Part shown: piece by piece, positions 27,620 to 35,035 of the stretch | How the letters are laid out: every line of letters begins with the position of its first letter | Position numbering within the stretch: position 1 is the stretch's first letter | Assembly: GCA_934276735.1 (NCBI GenBank) | Contig: CAKQTG010000001.1 | Location: 418,203 to 482,202 of the forward strand | Reading direction: 5' to 3' | Origin: an uncultured Alphaproteobacteria bacterium | GTDB taxonomy: Bacteria > Pseudomonadota > Alphaproteobacteria > Rs-D84 | DNA: 64,000 nucleotides | The notes under the pieces: generated by a model | The model's input: the letters and a program-made list of their open reading frames with translations, nothing else | The model's database searches: none | Told to the model about the DNA's origin: nothing | Position numbers and translations under genes: made by a program

Positions 27620-27744
27620 CCGAAAATAAACCACCGTTTGGTTTTGACGTAAATTCGCGCTTGGTGATTGGTAAAAAATGTGCTAAAATTAAACCATTGT
27701 ATATAAGTGAGAAATGCCGAACCCAAACGGTGGTTTATTTTCGG
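27620..27744. promoter_or_regulatory. Perfect 22-bp inverted repeat (27620-27641 / 27723-27744) bracketing an 81-bp segment with promoter-like elements (TTGGTG …17 bp… TGcTAAAAT) upstream of the 27760 CDS
   Basis: ccgaaaataaaccaccgtttgg is an exact reverse complement of ccaaacggtggtttattttcgg. An extended -10 TGnTAAAAT lies between the arms. Confidence 0.5.
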
Positions 27745-27759
27745 CGCGGGGGATATATT

Positions 27760-29823
27760 ATGAAAAAAATCTGGTTTCTATCAATGTGTTGTGCGTGTAT
27801 GTTGGTCGGAATTTCTAATTCATATGGTGATTGTGGCGGAGATCAGTGCCAGTATAAGTTGTCTGATGGAACAACAGATTGCGCTAACATCGGCGAGGTC
27901 AGGCCCTTTAAGTGTAGACTCGGTAGCGGCGGCGTATATAGTCTAGATCATGTAAAAGTTGGAGACGGCGAGAATCATTGCGATGCAAAATGCAAGTCTG
28001 GAGTGTTTTCTAATTGGTGGTATTATACATTGCAGTCTGACGCATGCGAAGATGGGTGGAAGGTTGACTTCGATAAAAAAATCTGTGTCGCTGCTGATAA
28101 CCAAAAATGTAAATACACCGATGGGACGTTTGCTCAAACAGGTGTTGTTCGGAATAAGGGCAACTGTATTTTTGCTAGTCTAGAACATATAAAAAATGGT
28201 GGCAAGGGCCAGTGCAAGAACACGTGTAAGTCTGACGGTTGGTATTCGGAATTACACAATGACGCATGTGAAGATGGGTGGCTGGTTTCTGCTGATAAAA
28301 AAAGCTGTTGGCCGAAATGTAAAGAAAACCAGTGTGTACAGTCGGTTGATGGTAAAAAATCCTGTGTTGACAGCGGCAAGAGTGTTTACGAGAACTGCAA
28401 AACAGGGGATGGGGGCATAGATAGCCTGGAGCATGTAAAAGGTGGCAGTGGCTGGTGCACGGTCATGTGTGTATCAGGAAAGTGGGGACAACGAGAGTTG
28501 CGCCCCAATGCATGCGAATCTGGTTATGTGGTTGCCGCCAATAAAAAAAGCTGTGTTGCGGCCGAGAAAAAAAGCGATGTTGACGTGCCAGCGTCTGACC
28601 AGGGTGCGTCGAAACAGAAACCTGGTGCCTGTAAAGAAAACCAGTGTATATCTTCCCTTGATGGTAGCTGTATTGACAGCGGCACGAGTTTTAACGATAA
28701 CTGCAACACTGGGGAAGGAGGCATAGATAGCCTGGAACATGTAAAAGATGGTGGCTCGATTCAGTGCACGGTCACATGTGTATCAGGAAAGTGGGGACAA
28801 CGAGAGTTGCGCCCCGATGCATGCGAATCTGGTTATGTGGTTGCCGCCGATAAAAAAAGCTGTGTTGCCGACGATAAAAAGGGTGATGCTGGTGCTGATG
28901 CCTCGTGCGAGCTGGGGAAAGCATGTAAGCCATCCAGCCATGGCGCAAAGGGTGATGGAATATGTATCAAATATCAGGGTGACACGGTTAGTTGTGCGGC
29001 AACGGCGTGCGATACAGACAATGGATATCACCTGGTAAAGCAAAATGGTCAATCCATGGGATGGTGCCAAAAGTGCAAAAAGGACGAGCAGGTAAATGCC
29101 ACCGGCGATGGTTGCGTGTCGAAAAGTGCGAATGGCAATTGCCCCTATGAAGACGGGACGTCTGCCCAAACAGGTGACGTTGTGAACGATACGAACTGTG
29201 TTTCAGTTAATCTGGATCATGTAACAATGGGGGGTAAAGACCGGTGCAAGTCCACGTGTAAGTCTAATGGTTGGGATTATGAATTACACGTTTACGCATG
29301 TGAATCTGGTTATGTGGTTGCCGACGATAAAAAGAGCTGTGTAGAGAAAACCACCGTCGCAGCCGAGAAAGATATCAATCCGACAGAAACTTTGACGGAC
29401 AGCAAACAGGTCACCTGTGGTAAAATTATTGGTGCCCAGTGGATTGATGGCGAGTGCAGATGCACAACTGCCGGGTGGGTTATGAATGCGACTGGAACCC
29501 AGTGCGTCAAGGGCGAGGCACTGATAAAGGCCGAGCGGTTGTCGGCGTCCCGGACGAATATAAGCCGCCTGTATAAAAAACTGGACAGCATGTCAAATGA
29601 CTTTAAGGTGTCGGTATGGCGTGACAAACAGGGGAATTTTAACACATCGCGTCTGGCGTCTGATTCAATTGCGGCGGTGGTGTTGGGGACGACGGGGGCG
29701 TTGGTAACCAGCAGCGTTGTAAAAAAGAATCAGGTATCCAGTGGGTTTGAAGGTATTAGTTGCCAGATAGGCGGCCAGACCGTTGCCGGCTGGGGTGACG
29801 AGTTCAGTGTTGGAATGCAATAA
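27760..29823 (+). CDS. Secreted Cys-rich tandem-repeat protein (687 aa; about 60 Cys). It is built from ~100-aa repeats carrying C-x-S-G-[KW]… and C-E-[SD]-G-[WY]-[VL]-V-[AS]-A-[DN]-KK-S-C units, with a C-terminal hydrophobic anchor.
   Basis: Start moved to ATG 27760 (MKKIWFLSMCCACMLVGISNSYG). Repeats such as CVSGKWGQRELRPNACESGYVVAANKKSCVAA and CVSGKWGQRELRPDACESGYVVAADKKSCVAD differ by two residues. Confidence 0.8.
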   Translation: MKKIWFLSMCCACMLVGISNSYGDCGGDQCQYKLSDGTTDCANIGEVRPFKCRLGSGGVYSLDHVKVGDGENHCDAKCKSGVFSNWWYYTLQSDACEDGWKVDFDKKICVAADNQKCKYTDGTFAQTGVVRNKGNCIFASLEHIKNGGKGQCKNTCKSDGWYSELHNDACEDGWLVSADKKSCWPKCKENQCVQSVDGKKSCVDSGKSVYENCKTGDGGIDSLEHVKGGSGWCTVMCVSGKWGQRELRPNACESGYVVAANKKSCVAAEKKSDVDVPASDQGASKQKPGACKENQCISSLDGSCIDSGTSFNDNCNTGEGGIDSLEHVKDGGSIQCTVTCVSGKWGQRELRPDACESGYVVAADKKSCVADDKKGDAGADASCELGKACKPSSHGAKGDGICIKYQGDTVSCAATACDTDNGYHLVKQNGQSMGWCQKCKKDEQVNATGDGCVSKSANGNCPYEDGTSAQTGDVVNDTNCVSVNLDHVTMGGKDRCKSTCKSNGWDYELHVYACESGYVVADDKKSCVEKTTVAAEKDINPTETLTDSKQVTCGKIIGAQWIDGECRCTTAGWVMNATGTQCVKGEALIKAERLSASRTNISRLYKKLDSMSNDFKVSVWRDKQGNFNTSRLASDSIAAVVLGTTGALVTSSVVKKNQVSSGFEGISCQIGGQTVAGWGDEFSVGMQ
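28318..28929. repeat. Intragenic tandem DNA repeat, unit ~306 bp. Two near-identical copies (about 28318-28623 and 28624-28929) are flanked by more degenerate copies.
   Basis: For example 28461-28560 and 28767-28866 are ~97% identical; 28318-28475 matches 28625-28780. Confidence 0.8.
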
Positions 29824-29850
29824 AAAACGCGCCGATGGCGCGTTTTTTTA
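29824..29850. terminator. Bidirectional terminator (aaaaacgcgccgatggcgcgttttttt)
   Basis: CGCGCC-GATG-GCGCG hairpin with A/T runs on both sides, between convergent CDSs. Confidence 0.7.
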
Positions 29851-30042
29851 TCTGGTGCGGGTGGCGTGTAATGATTTTTGAATGTATTTCGCATATGCAC
29901 GCAGCGCGGAATTATACACGTTCTGGATATTATACCGCGCCTGGACATCGTGCCCGATGGAATAAGAGCAAACGACAATCCATTGTTTGTCGGCGGTCTG
30001 GTATGGACGGTGCACCTTTACCAATTTATCGTGTGTGTTCAT
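29848..30042 (-). CDS. Small hypothetical protein (64 aa)
   Basis: ATG preceded by an aaaggatcaaaaaaa RBS. It terminates inside the bidirectional terminator. No known motif. Confidence 0.35.
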   Translation of the reverse strand: MNTHDKLVKVHRPYQTADKQWIVVCSYSIGHDVQARYNIQNVYNSALRAYAKYIQKSLHATRTR

Positions 30043-30219
30043 TTTTTTTGATCCTTTGATACAGATTTTTATTTCCGGTCAATTTTTTACAACATATTTG
30101 CCCCAGGTCAAGGCATTTTTTGCGCTAATTGTGAATTTTTGCCCGTTGTGGGGACTTGAATATTCGCGCCGTTTGCATTACAATGTGTGTATCACATAAA
30201 TACCAAAAGGGGGGATTTT

Positions 30220-30861
30220 ATGCCAAAGAAGGAATCAACTGCTAAGAAAGTCAAGCCGGTTCGCGCAACCCGCACGCGCCGCGCGCTGTCTGATCCAATT
30301 GCCGCCGGGGTGCAACGCCTGTATGATCACAGTGCGCCATTGCTGTTATGCGAGGGGCTGTTGTTCGGTGTCGCCGCAATACTGATGGCGTTCAAGCCGA
30401 TGGTCGTACTGACCGCGTTTATGTTTATCATCGGTATCGGATTGGTGCTGTTTGGAATGTATCGCACAATCGTCGGGTTTATCGCATCGCGTAATGTCGG
30501 TGGCGGGTGGTTTGATGTGCTGTTCGGACTGATAAACGTGGTGTTGGGTGTGCTGTTCTGTGTATATCCGACGGGGTCAATCCGTGTGATGACCGTGATA
30601 TTTGTCGCGCTGTTCTTGTTCAAGGCCTTGCGTGCGTTGATATTTGCAATCAATATGGCGCGTGCGCGGTTTGGACATTGGGTATTTGACCTGGTTATGG
30701 CGGTTGTGTTGGTCGCGCTGGCGGTGGCGTTGCTGTTCTGGCCGATGGCGGCACCAATCGCAGTGGTGTATTACCTGGCCATAACATTGTTGCTGTATGC
30801 GGCATCAGATATATACATGTATATAGAATTGCTGAAATTAAAACGCAATGTAATCGGATAA
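30220..30861 (+). CDS. HdeD/DUF308 family membrane protein
   Basis: Start moved to ATG 30220 (RBS aaaagggggga). Six predicted TM helices with the repeated short hydrophobic hairpins typical of DUF308. Confidence 0.55.
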   Translation: MPKKESTAKKVKPVRATRTRRALSDPIAAGVQRLYDHSAPLLLCEGLLFGVAAILMAFKPMVVLTAFMFIIGIGLVLFGMYRTIVGFIASRNVGGGWFDVLFGLINVVLGVLFCVYPTGSIRVMTVIFVALFLFKALRALIFAINMARARFGHWVFDLVMAVVLVALAVALLFWPMAAPIAVVYYLAITLLLYAASDIYMYIELLKLKRNVIG

Positions 30862-30886
30862 CAAATCCACGGATGAAACACCGCCC

Positions 30887-30915
30887 ATTTGGGCGGTGTT
30901 TTTGTGTGTTTATGC
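30887..30915 (+). terminator. Rho-independent terminator (aacaccgcccatttgggcggtgttttt)
   Basis: Hairpin plus T-run after the HdeD-like CDS. Confidence 0.7.
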
Positions 30916-30958
30916 AAAACTTGAAATTTTGGGAAATATAGTATAGAATAGGGGCTGT

Positions 30959-31035
30959 GCGCCCTTAGCCCAGCTGGATAGAGCATCGGATTTCTAATCC
31001 GCAGGTCGCAGGTTCGAATCCTGCAGGGCGCGCCA
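30959..31035 (+). tRNA. tRNA-Arg (anticodon TCT)
   Basis: GCGCCCTTAGCCCAGCTGGATAGAGCATCGGATTTCTAATCCGCAGGTCGCAGGTTCGAATCCTGCAGGGCGCGCCA, nearly colinear with E. coli argU. Anticodon loop TTTCTAA. Confidence 0.9.
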
Positions 31036-31081
31036 AGATAAATGCGCAGCCACGGGAATTGCACGTTGCGGGGGGAATTTT

Positions 31082-31207
31082 GATTCGAACCTGCGACAGG
31101 GAGCGGTTTGACCCGACGCAAAAAGGCGGAAACGCGCCGGTCCACCGTAGTTTTAACGGAGGTGGATTTTGCAAGGGCGGCGTCAGCCAGTCCTGCAGGG
31201 CGCGCCA
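31082..31207. repeat. tRNA-Arg fragment copies. An inverted 16-nt copy of the T-arm (gattcgaacctgcgac, 31082-31097) and a direct 17-nt copy of the tRNA 3' end (tcctgcagggcgcgcca, 31191-31207) look like att-site-like scars.
   Basis: Exact matches to tRNA-Arg positions 31004-31019 (reverse complement) and 31019-31035 (direct). Confidence 0.75.
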
Positions 31208-31239
31208 GTTTTTTTTATTTTGGGCAAGTGGGGACAAAA

Positions 31240-32166
31240 ATGACACTGGAAGAAATCACCGCGTTTTTAGAGAAAAATTACCCGGGACAAAAAATCAAAT
31301 ATCTGGGGCATGGCAGTGATTCTGCGGCGTTTCGTGTGGGAACACGTGTGTTTCGGTTCACCACCAAGGGCATTTCAATCTACACGCGCGAGGCAGATGT
31401 TTGCAATTTCTTGCGCAAATACATAACGGTCCAGATTCCTGATATTAAAATCGTCCAGCGTGACGGATTTCAATATGCGATGCATGAAATGTTGACTGGG
31501 GAAAAGTGGTCATGGCATCGGTTCCAGTTTTCACCACGACGCCAGCGCAACCTGGCGCGGTCGGTGGCGGGATTCTTGGCAGAATTGCATTCGGTGGATG
31601 TGGATGCGATGGTGCGCGCGGTGCCAGAGGTGCACAATACTATGCCGTATATTGACTTTGATTTGGTCCAAGACCACCTGCGGCCATATATGTCGGCGCG
31701 GTCGCTGGCACGATTCCGCAAATTTTACGAAAATGTTATAAATGCGCCGGTTGCAAAATCTGATATGGTGCCAGTGCACATGGGGGTCAAGGGTGCGAAT
31801 TCTGTGGTGTATCCAGATGGTCGGTTAAAGGGTGTGTTTGATTTTGGCAATTGCGGTATTTATGAACGGGGGCGTGATTTGGTGTTGTTTTCATTGTCAC
31901 GTAATCCGCGTCTGTATCGCCAGGTCTTGCGCGAATACCAGGCAAAAACAGGTGTGCGTATTGACCGGCGGCGCATTCGTGAATTGGCGTTGGTGGAATT
32001 TTTGTGGGCAAAGCGGTGGTATGTTGATGGCACGTTTGTGCCACTGAAAGCGCATTTCTTGCGCCGTAATGTCGGGCTGGTCCTGATGTATTTCTGGCAT
32101 ATGCCCGAATTTATGAAGCCGTTTGTGCGCTTGATGATAAATATTCGCAGTCGTCGCGTGCAATAG
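31240..32166 (+). CDS. Phosphotransferase-family protein (aminoglycoside/choline-kinase-like, APH fold)
   Basis: Start moved to ATG 31240 (MTLEEITAFLEKNYPG). N-terminal nucleotide-binding region (YLGHGSDSAAFRV…RFT) and catalytic-loop-like segment HMGVKGANSVV…DFGNCG. Confidence 0.55.
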   Translation: MTLEEITAFLEKNYPGQKIKYLGHGSDSAAFRVGTRVFRFTTKGISIYTREADVCNFLRKYITVQIPDIKIVQRDGFQYAMHEMLTGEKWSWHRFQFSPRRQRNLARSVAGFLAELHSVDVDAMVRAVPEVHNTMPYIDFDLVQDHLRPYMSARSLARFRKFYENVINAPVAKSDMVPVHMGVKGANSVVYPDGRLKGVFDFGNCGIYERGRDLVLFSLSRNPRLYRQVLREYQAKTGVRIDRRRIRELALVEFLWAKRWYVDGTFVPLKAHFLRRNVGLVLMYFWHMPEFMKPFVRLMINIRSRRVQ

Positions 32167-32282
32167 GAAAAACCAGGCCGCCAAATGGCGGTCTGGTTTT
32201 TTTGTGAAATCGTTCCTGTGGTTGTGGGGCGGGGCATTGACGTATAATCATATGGCACAGAGTCCAATAAAGGAGAGTCCAT

Positions 32283-32756
32283 ATGAAAGCCTTTTTTCAA
32301 TTCATTTTGGCCATGGTGTTGGCATTTATACCCGGCGCAATCGGGATTATGTTCACGCCGCGTGGCGCATCAGATTTATGGTATAACGCACTGGAAAAGT
32401 CAATGCTGACGCCAGATGGTTGGGTGTTTGGTGTCGCGTGGACGATATTGTATTTCTTGTTGGGTTTGGCGTTATTCCTGGTTATTCGTAATACAAAGGC
32501 GCGCCAGTCCAAGGTGCCGGCGTATTTATTATTCCTGGGCCAGATGGCGTTAAACGCGCTGTGGTCATATGTGTTCTTTGGTTTGCATATGGCGGGCGCG
32601 GCGTTGATTGTGTTGGTTGGTCTGATTATCGTTTCGGCGTTTATGATGCGGGCATTCCGACCATTTAATCGTTGGGCCGAATACCTGGTGTGGCCGTATA
32701 TCATATGGATGATTTTTGCAACGTATTTAAATGTGATGATTATATGGTTGAATTGA
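32283..32756 (+). CDS. tspO: TspO/MBR family tryptophan-rich sensory protein
   Basis: Five TM helices with conserved W/Y/P positions (…WYNALEKSMLTPDGWVFGVAWTILYFLLGLALFLV…LNALWSYVFFG…). RBS aaggagag. Confidence 0.8.
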   Translation: MKAFFQFILAMVLAFIPGAIGIMFTPRGASDLWYNALEKSMLTPDGWVFGVAWTILYFLLGLALFLVIRNTKARQSKVPAYLLFLGQMALNALWSYVFFGLHMAGAALIVLVGLIIVSAFMMRAFRPFNRWAEYLVWPYIIWMIFATYLNVMIIWLN

Positions 32757-32757
32757 T

Positions 32758-32786
32758 AAAAATCCCCGTAAAACGGGGATTTTTAT
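32758..32786. terminator. Bidirectional terminator (aaaaatccccgtaaaacggggattttt)
   Basis: Perfect hairpin between tspO (+) and the ftsB-like gene (-). Confidence 0.7.
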
Positions 32787-33118
32787 ATCTTTAAAATCTT
32801 GAATTTTGCGTCGCCGATATTCAGGTATTTTAACCCCAGTTCTTCGACATAATCTGGACTGTAAGATTGCAACAGATCGATATGACGGTTCAGTGCGTCC
32901 AGTTTTGCCTGTTCCGTGGCCAGTTGTGATTGTTCGTTGTTCAATCGCCAGATGTTTATAACGAAATTTTGGACGTTGACCGCCCCCCAGAAAATGCGCA
33001 CAAACATAAACAATGCGAACGCAGTCGCCAAAATACCAGCCTTGCCACGCCAACTGGCACCCCAGGCGCGGCCGATGAAACCAAATAAATTTTTGATTTT
33101 TTCCTTCATAGATGTCAT
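32783..33118 (-). CDS. ftsB: Septum formation initiator family protein (FtsB/DivIC-like)
   Basis: Single TM helix followed by a short coiled coil (NVQNFVINIWRLNNEQSQLATEQAKLDALNRHIDLLQ), typical of FtsB. Divergent to dus, as in many alphaproteobacteria. Confidence 0.55.
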   Translation of the reverse strand: MTSMKEKIKNLFGFIGRAWGASWRGKAGILATAFALFMFVRIFWGAVNVQNFVINIWRLNNEQSQLATEQAKLDALNRHIDLLQSYSPDYVEELGLKYLNIGDAKFKILKI

Positions 33119-33128
33119 TATATCATAA

Positions 33129-34061
33129 ATGTTTAGCGATAATCAAATTTTTGCTGCGCCACTGGCGGGAATTACAGATAAACCATTTCGGCGCGTCTTG
33201 CGTATATTCGCGCCAGATTCGCCATTGGTAACAGAAATGATTTCATGTCATTCGTTGGTGGGGGCGCATAAAAACTGTTTGCGTAATTTTGATTCTTATA
33301 CAGACGAAGGGTGCGTCGGTGCCCAGATTTTTGGCGCAAATGTGTCGCTGATGGCAGATGCGGCACGTATATTACAGGATAATGGCGCACGGTGGATTGA
33401 TATAAATATGGGCTGTCCTGTGCCAAAGGTTGCAACGCGTGCCGGTGCCGGTGCGTTTTTGATGCGGGATCATGTGCTGGCCGGGAAAATAATGTCGGCG
33501 GTGGTGCGTGCGGTGGATATTCCGGTGTCAATTAAAACACGCCTGGGGTGGGACGACGCACATCGCGACTGGTGTGAACTGGTGCGAATTGCCGCGGATT
33601 CTGGCGTGCGTTTTGCAACCCTGCACGGACGAACACGCGCCCAGTTATATGTTGGACCGGCGGTGCATCCAGATGTGTCAGACGCGCCAATCCCGATTAT
33701 TGCAAATGGCGATATTGCCACCGCCCAAGATGCCCAGAATATGGAAAATCTGGGCTATGCGGGGGTAATGGTTGGTCGTGCAATATTGGGGCGTCCGTGG
33801 GTTTTGGGGCAAATTGCAGGGCGCAATTGCGTGCCAAAAAATGTGGGCGAGATAGTGCTGAAACATTTGCAATATGCGATTGAATATTATGGCGCGTCGG
33901 TTGCGGTGCCAATGTTTCGCAAGCACGCGGCGTGGTATTCATCGGGGTTGCCAAATTCGTCTGAATTTCGCATTCGCGTCAATCAAATCACAGATGCAGA
34001 TGCATTGCATGATGCGATTAGTGAATTTTGGGGTTGCGGGTCGCAAAATATAGGTTTATGA
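33129..34061 (+). CDS. dus: tRNA-dihydrouridine synthase (Dus family)
   Basis: FMN-binding TIM-barrel motifs including INMGCPVPKV and the catalytic Cys. Confidence 0.8.
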   Translation: MFSDNQIFAAPLAGITDKPFRRVLRIFAPDSPLVTEMISCHSLVGAHKNCLRNFDSYTDEGCVGAQIFGANVSLMADAARILQDNGARWIDINMGCPVPKVATRAGAGAFLMRDHVLAGKIMSAVVRAVDIPVSIKTRLGWDDAHRDWCELVRIAADSGVRFATLHGRTRAQLYVGPAVHPDVSDAPIPIIANGDIATAQDAQNMENLGYAGVMVGRAILGRPWVLGQIAGRNCVPKNVGEIVLKHLQYAIEYYGASVAVPMFRKHAAWYSSGLPNSSEFRIRVNQITDADALHDAISEFWGCGSQNIGL

Positions 34062-34090
34062 TAGCAAGGTGCAACAAGGGATAAAGAAAT

Positions 34091-34948
34091 ATGATCGAAA
34101 ATAATACAGAACCACAAGTTGAAGTTACGGTTGGCGAAATACTGCGTAATGCACGAACAACCGGTCGTCGCAAGCGTGAAATTCAAACAATTTCTAAATT
34201 GTTGTGTATTCGCGAAGAATTCTTGCAGGCACTGGAAAATGGCAATTACGACGCGTTGCCAGAACCGGTATATATTCTGGGGTTTGCGCGTAATTACGCG
34301 ATGGAATTGGGGCTGAATCCTGATGAAATTGTGGCGAAATTAAAACGTGAAATGGGGCTGGGCGATGAATGCCAGGCACATTCGGACAAGGACGATGCCG
34401 TTGATGATTCTGCGACATGCAATGTTGCACATGCCTGTCCGACGTTTGGTGGCGCGTTGCGTCGCGCAATGCAGTTCGTGCGTGCCCATTGGGTATGGTT
34501 CGCGGGCGCGGTTGCGACGATAATCTTGGTGATTGTAGTGGTCGCGGCTGTGATGGGTGGAAAATCAAATGATGATGCGACCACGATGGCGGATACTCCT
34601 GTGGTTGCGGCGGTGATTGAGCCAAGTTATGCGGTCGCCGTGCGTGAACGCTTTGGCGTTGATAATCGTGACAAGGCTGCCGTTATTTTACAGGCGATTG
34701 ATGAATCCTGGGTCAAGGTCGAAGATGGCCGCGGAAACACCGTGTTCAGCCGTGTCTTGGTTCCGGGCGATGTATATTATGTTCCATCTGGGACCAGCAC
34801 CAAGGCAACATTTGGCAATGCCGGTGGCGTAGATATTTGGGTAAATGGTAAATTGGCACCCAAGGCCGGTGCAGATCATACCAGTAAATCTGGGATTGAT
34901 TTAAGTCCTGAAAAACTGATGCCGGCAACCACCGCCAGTGCCGAGTAA
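34091..34948 (+). CDS. rodZ: RodZ-like cytoskeleton protein (N-terminal HTH, TM helix, C-terminal DUF4115)
   Basis: N-terminal XRE-type HTH (VGEILRNARTTGRRKREIQTISKLLCIREEFLQALENGNYDALPEPVYILGFARNYAMELGL), TM (WVWFAGAVATIILVIVVVAAV), C-terminal DUF4115-like beta region. Confidence 0.65.
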   Translation: MIENNTEPQVEVTVGEILRNARTTGRRKREIQTISKLLCIREEFLQALENGNYDALPEPVYILGFARNYAMELGLNPDEIVAKLKREMGLGDECQAHSDKDDAVDDSATCNVAHACPTFGGALRRAMQFVRAHWVWFAGAVATIILVIVVVAAVMGGKSNDDATTMADTPVVAAVIEPSYAVAVRERFGVDNRDKAAVILQAIDESWVKVEDGRGNTVFSRVLVPGDVYYVPSGTSTKATFGNAGGVDIWVNGKLAPKAGADHTSKSGIDLSPEKLMPATTASAE

Positions 34949-35035
34949 TTATGCGGAATACATACATATGTTCGGGGCGAAAGAAATTTCGCCCCGTCTA
35001 TTGCAATTTTTAATATTTTTTCTATATTTAAAACT

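Noticed and set aside
30959-32800. Intact integrative element or prophage at tRNA-Arg or tRNA-Gln
   Set aside because: No integrase, excisionase or phage structural genes are in the window. Only att-like tRNA fragments and small cargo remain, so these were described as scars or islets.
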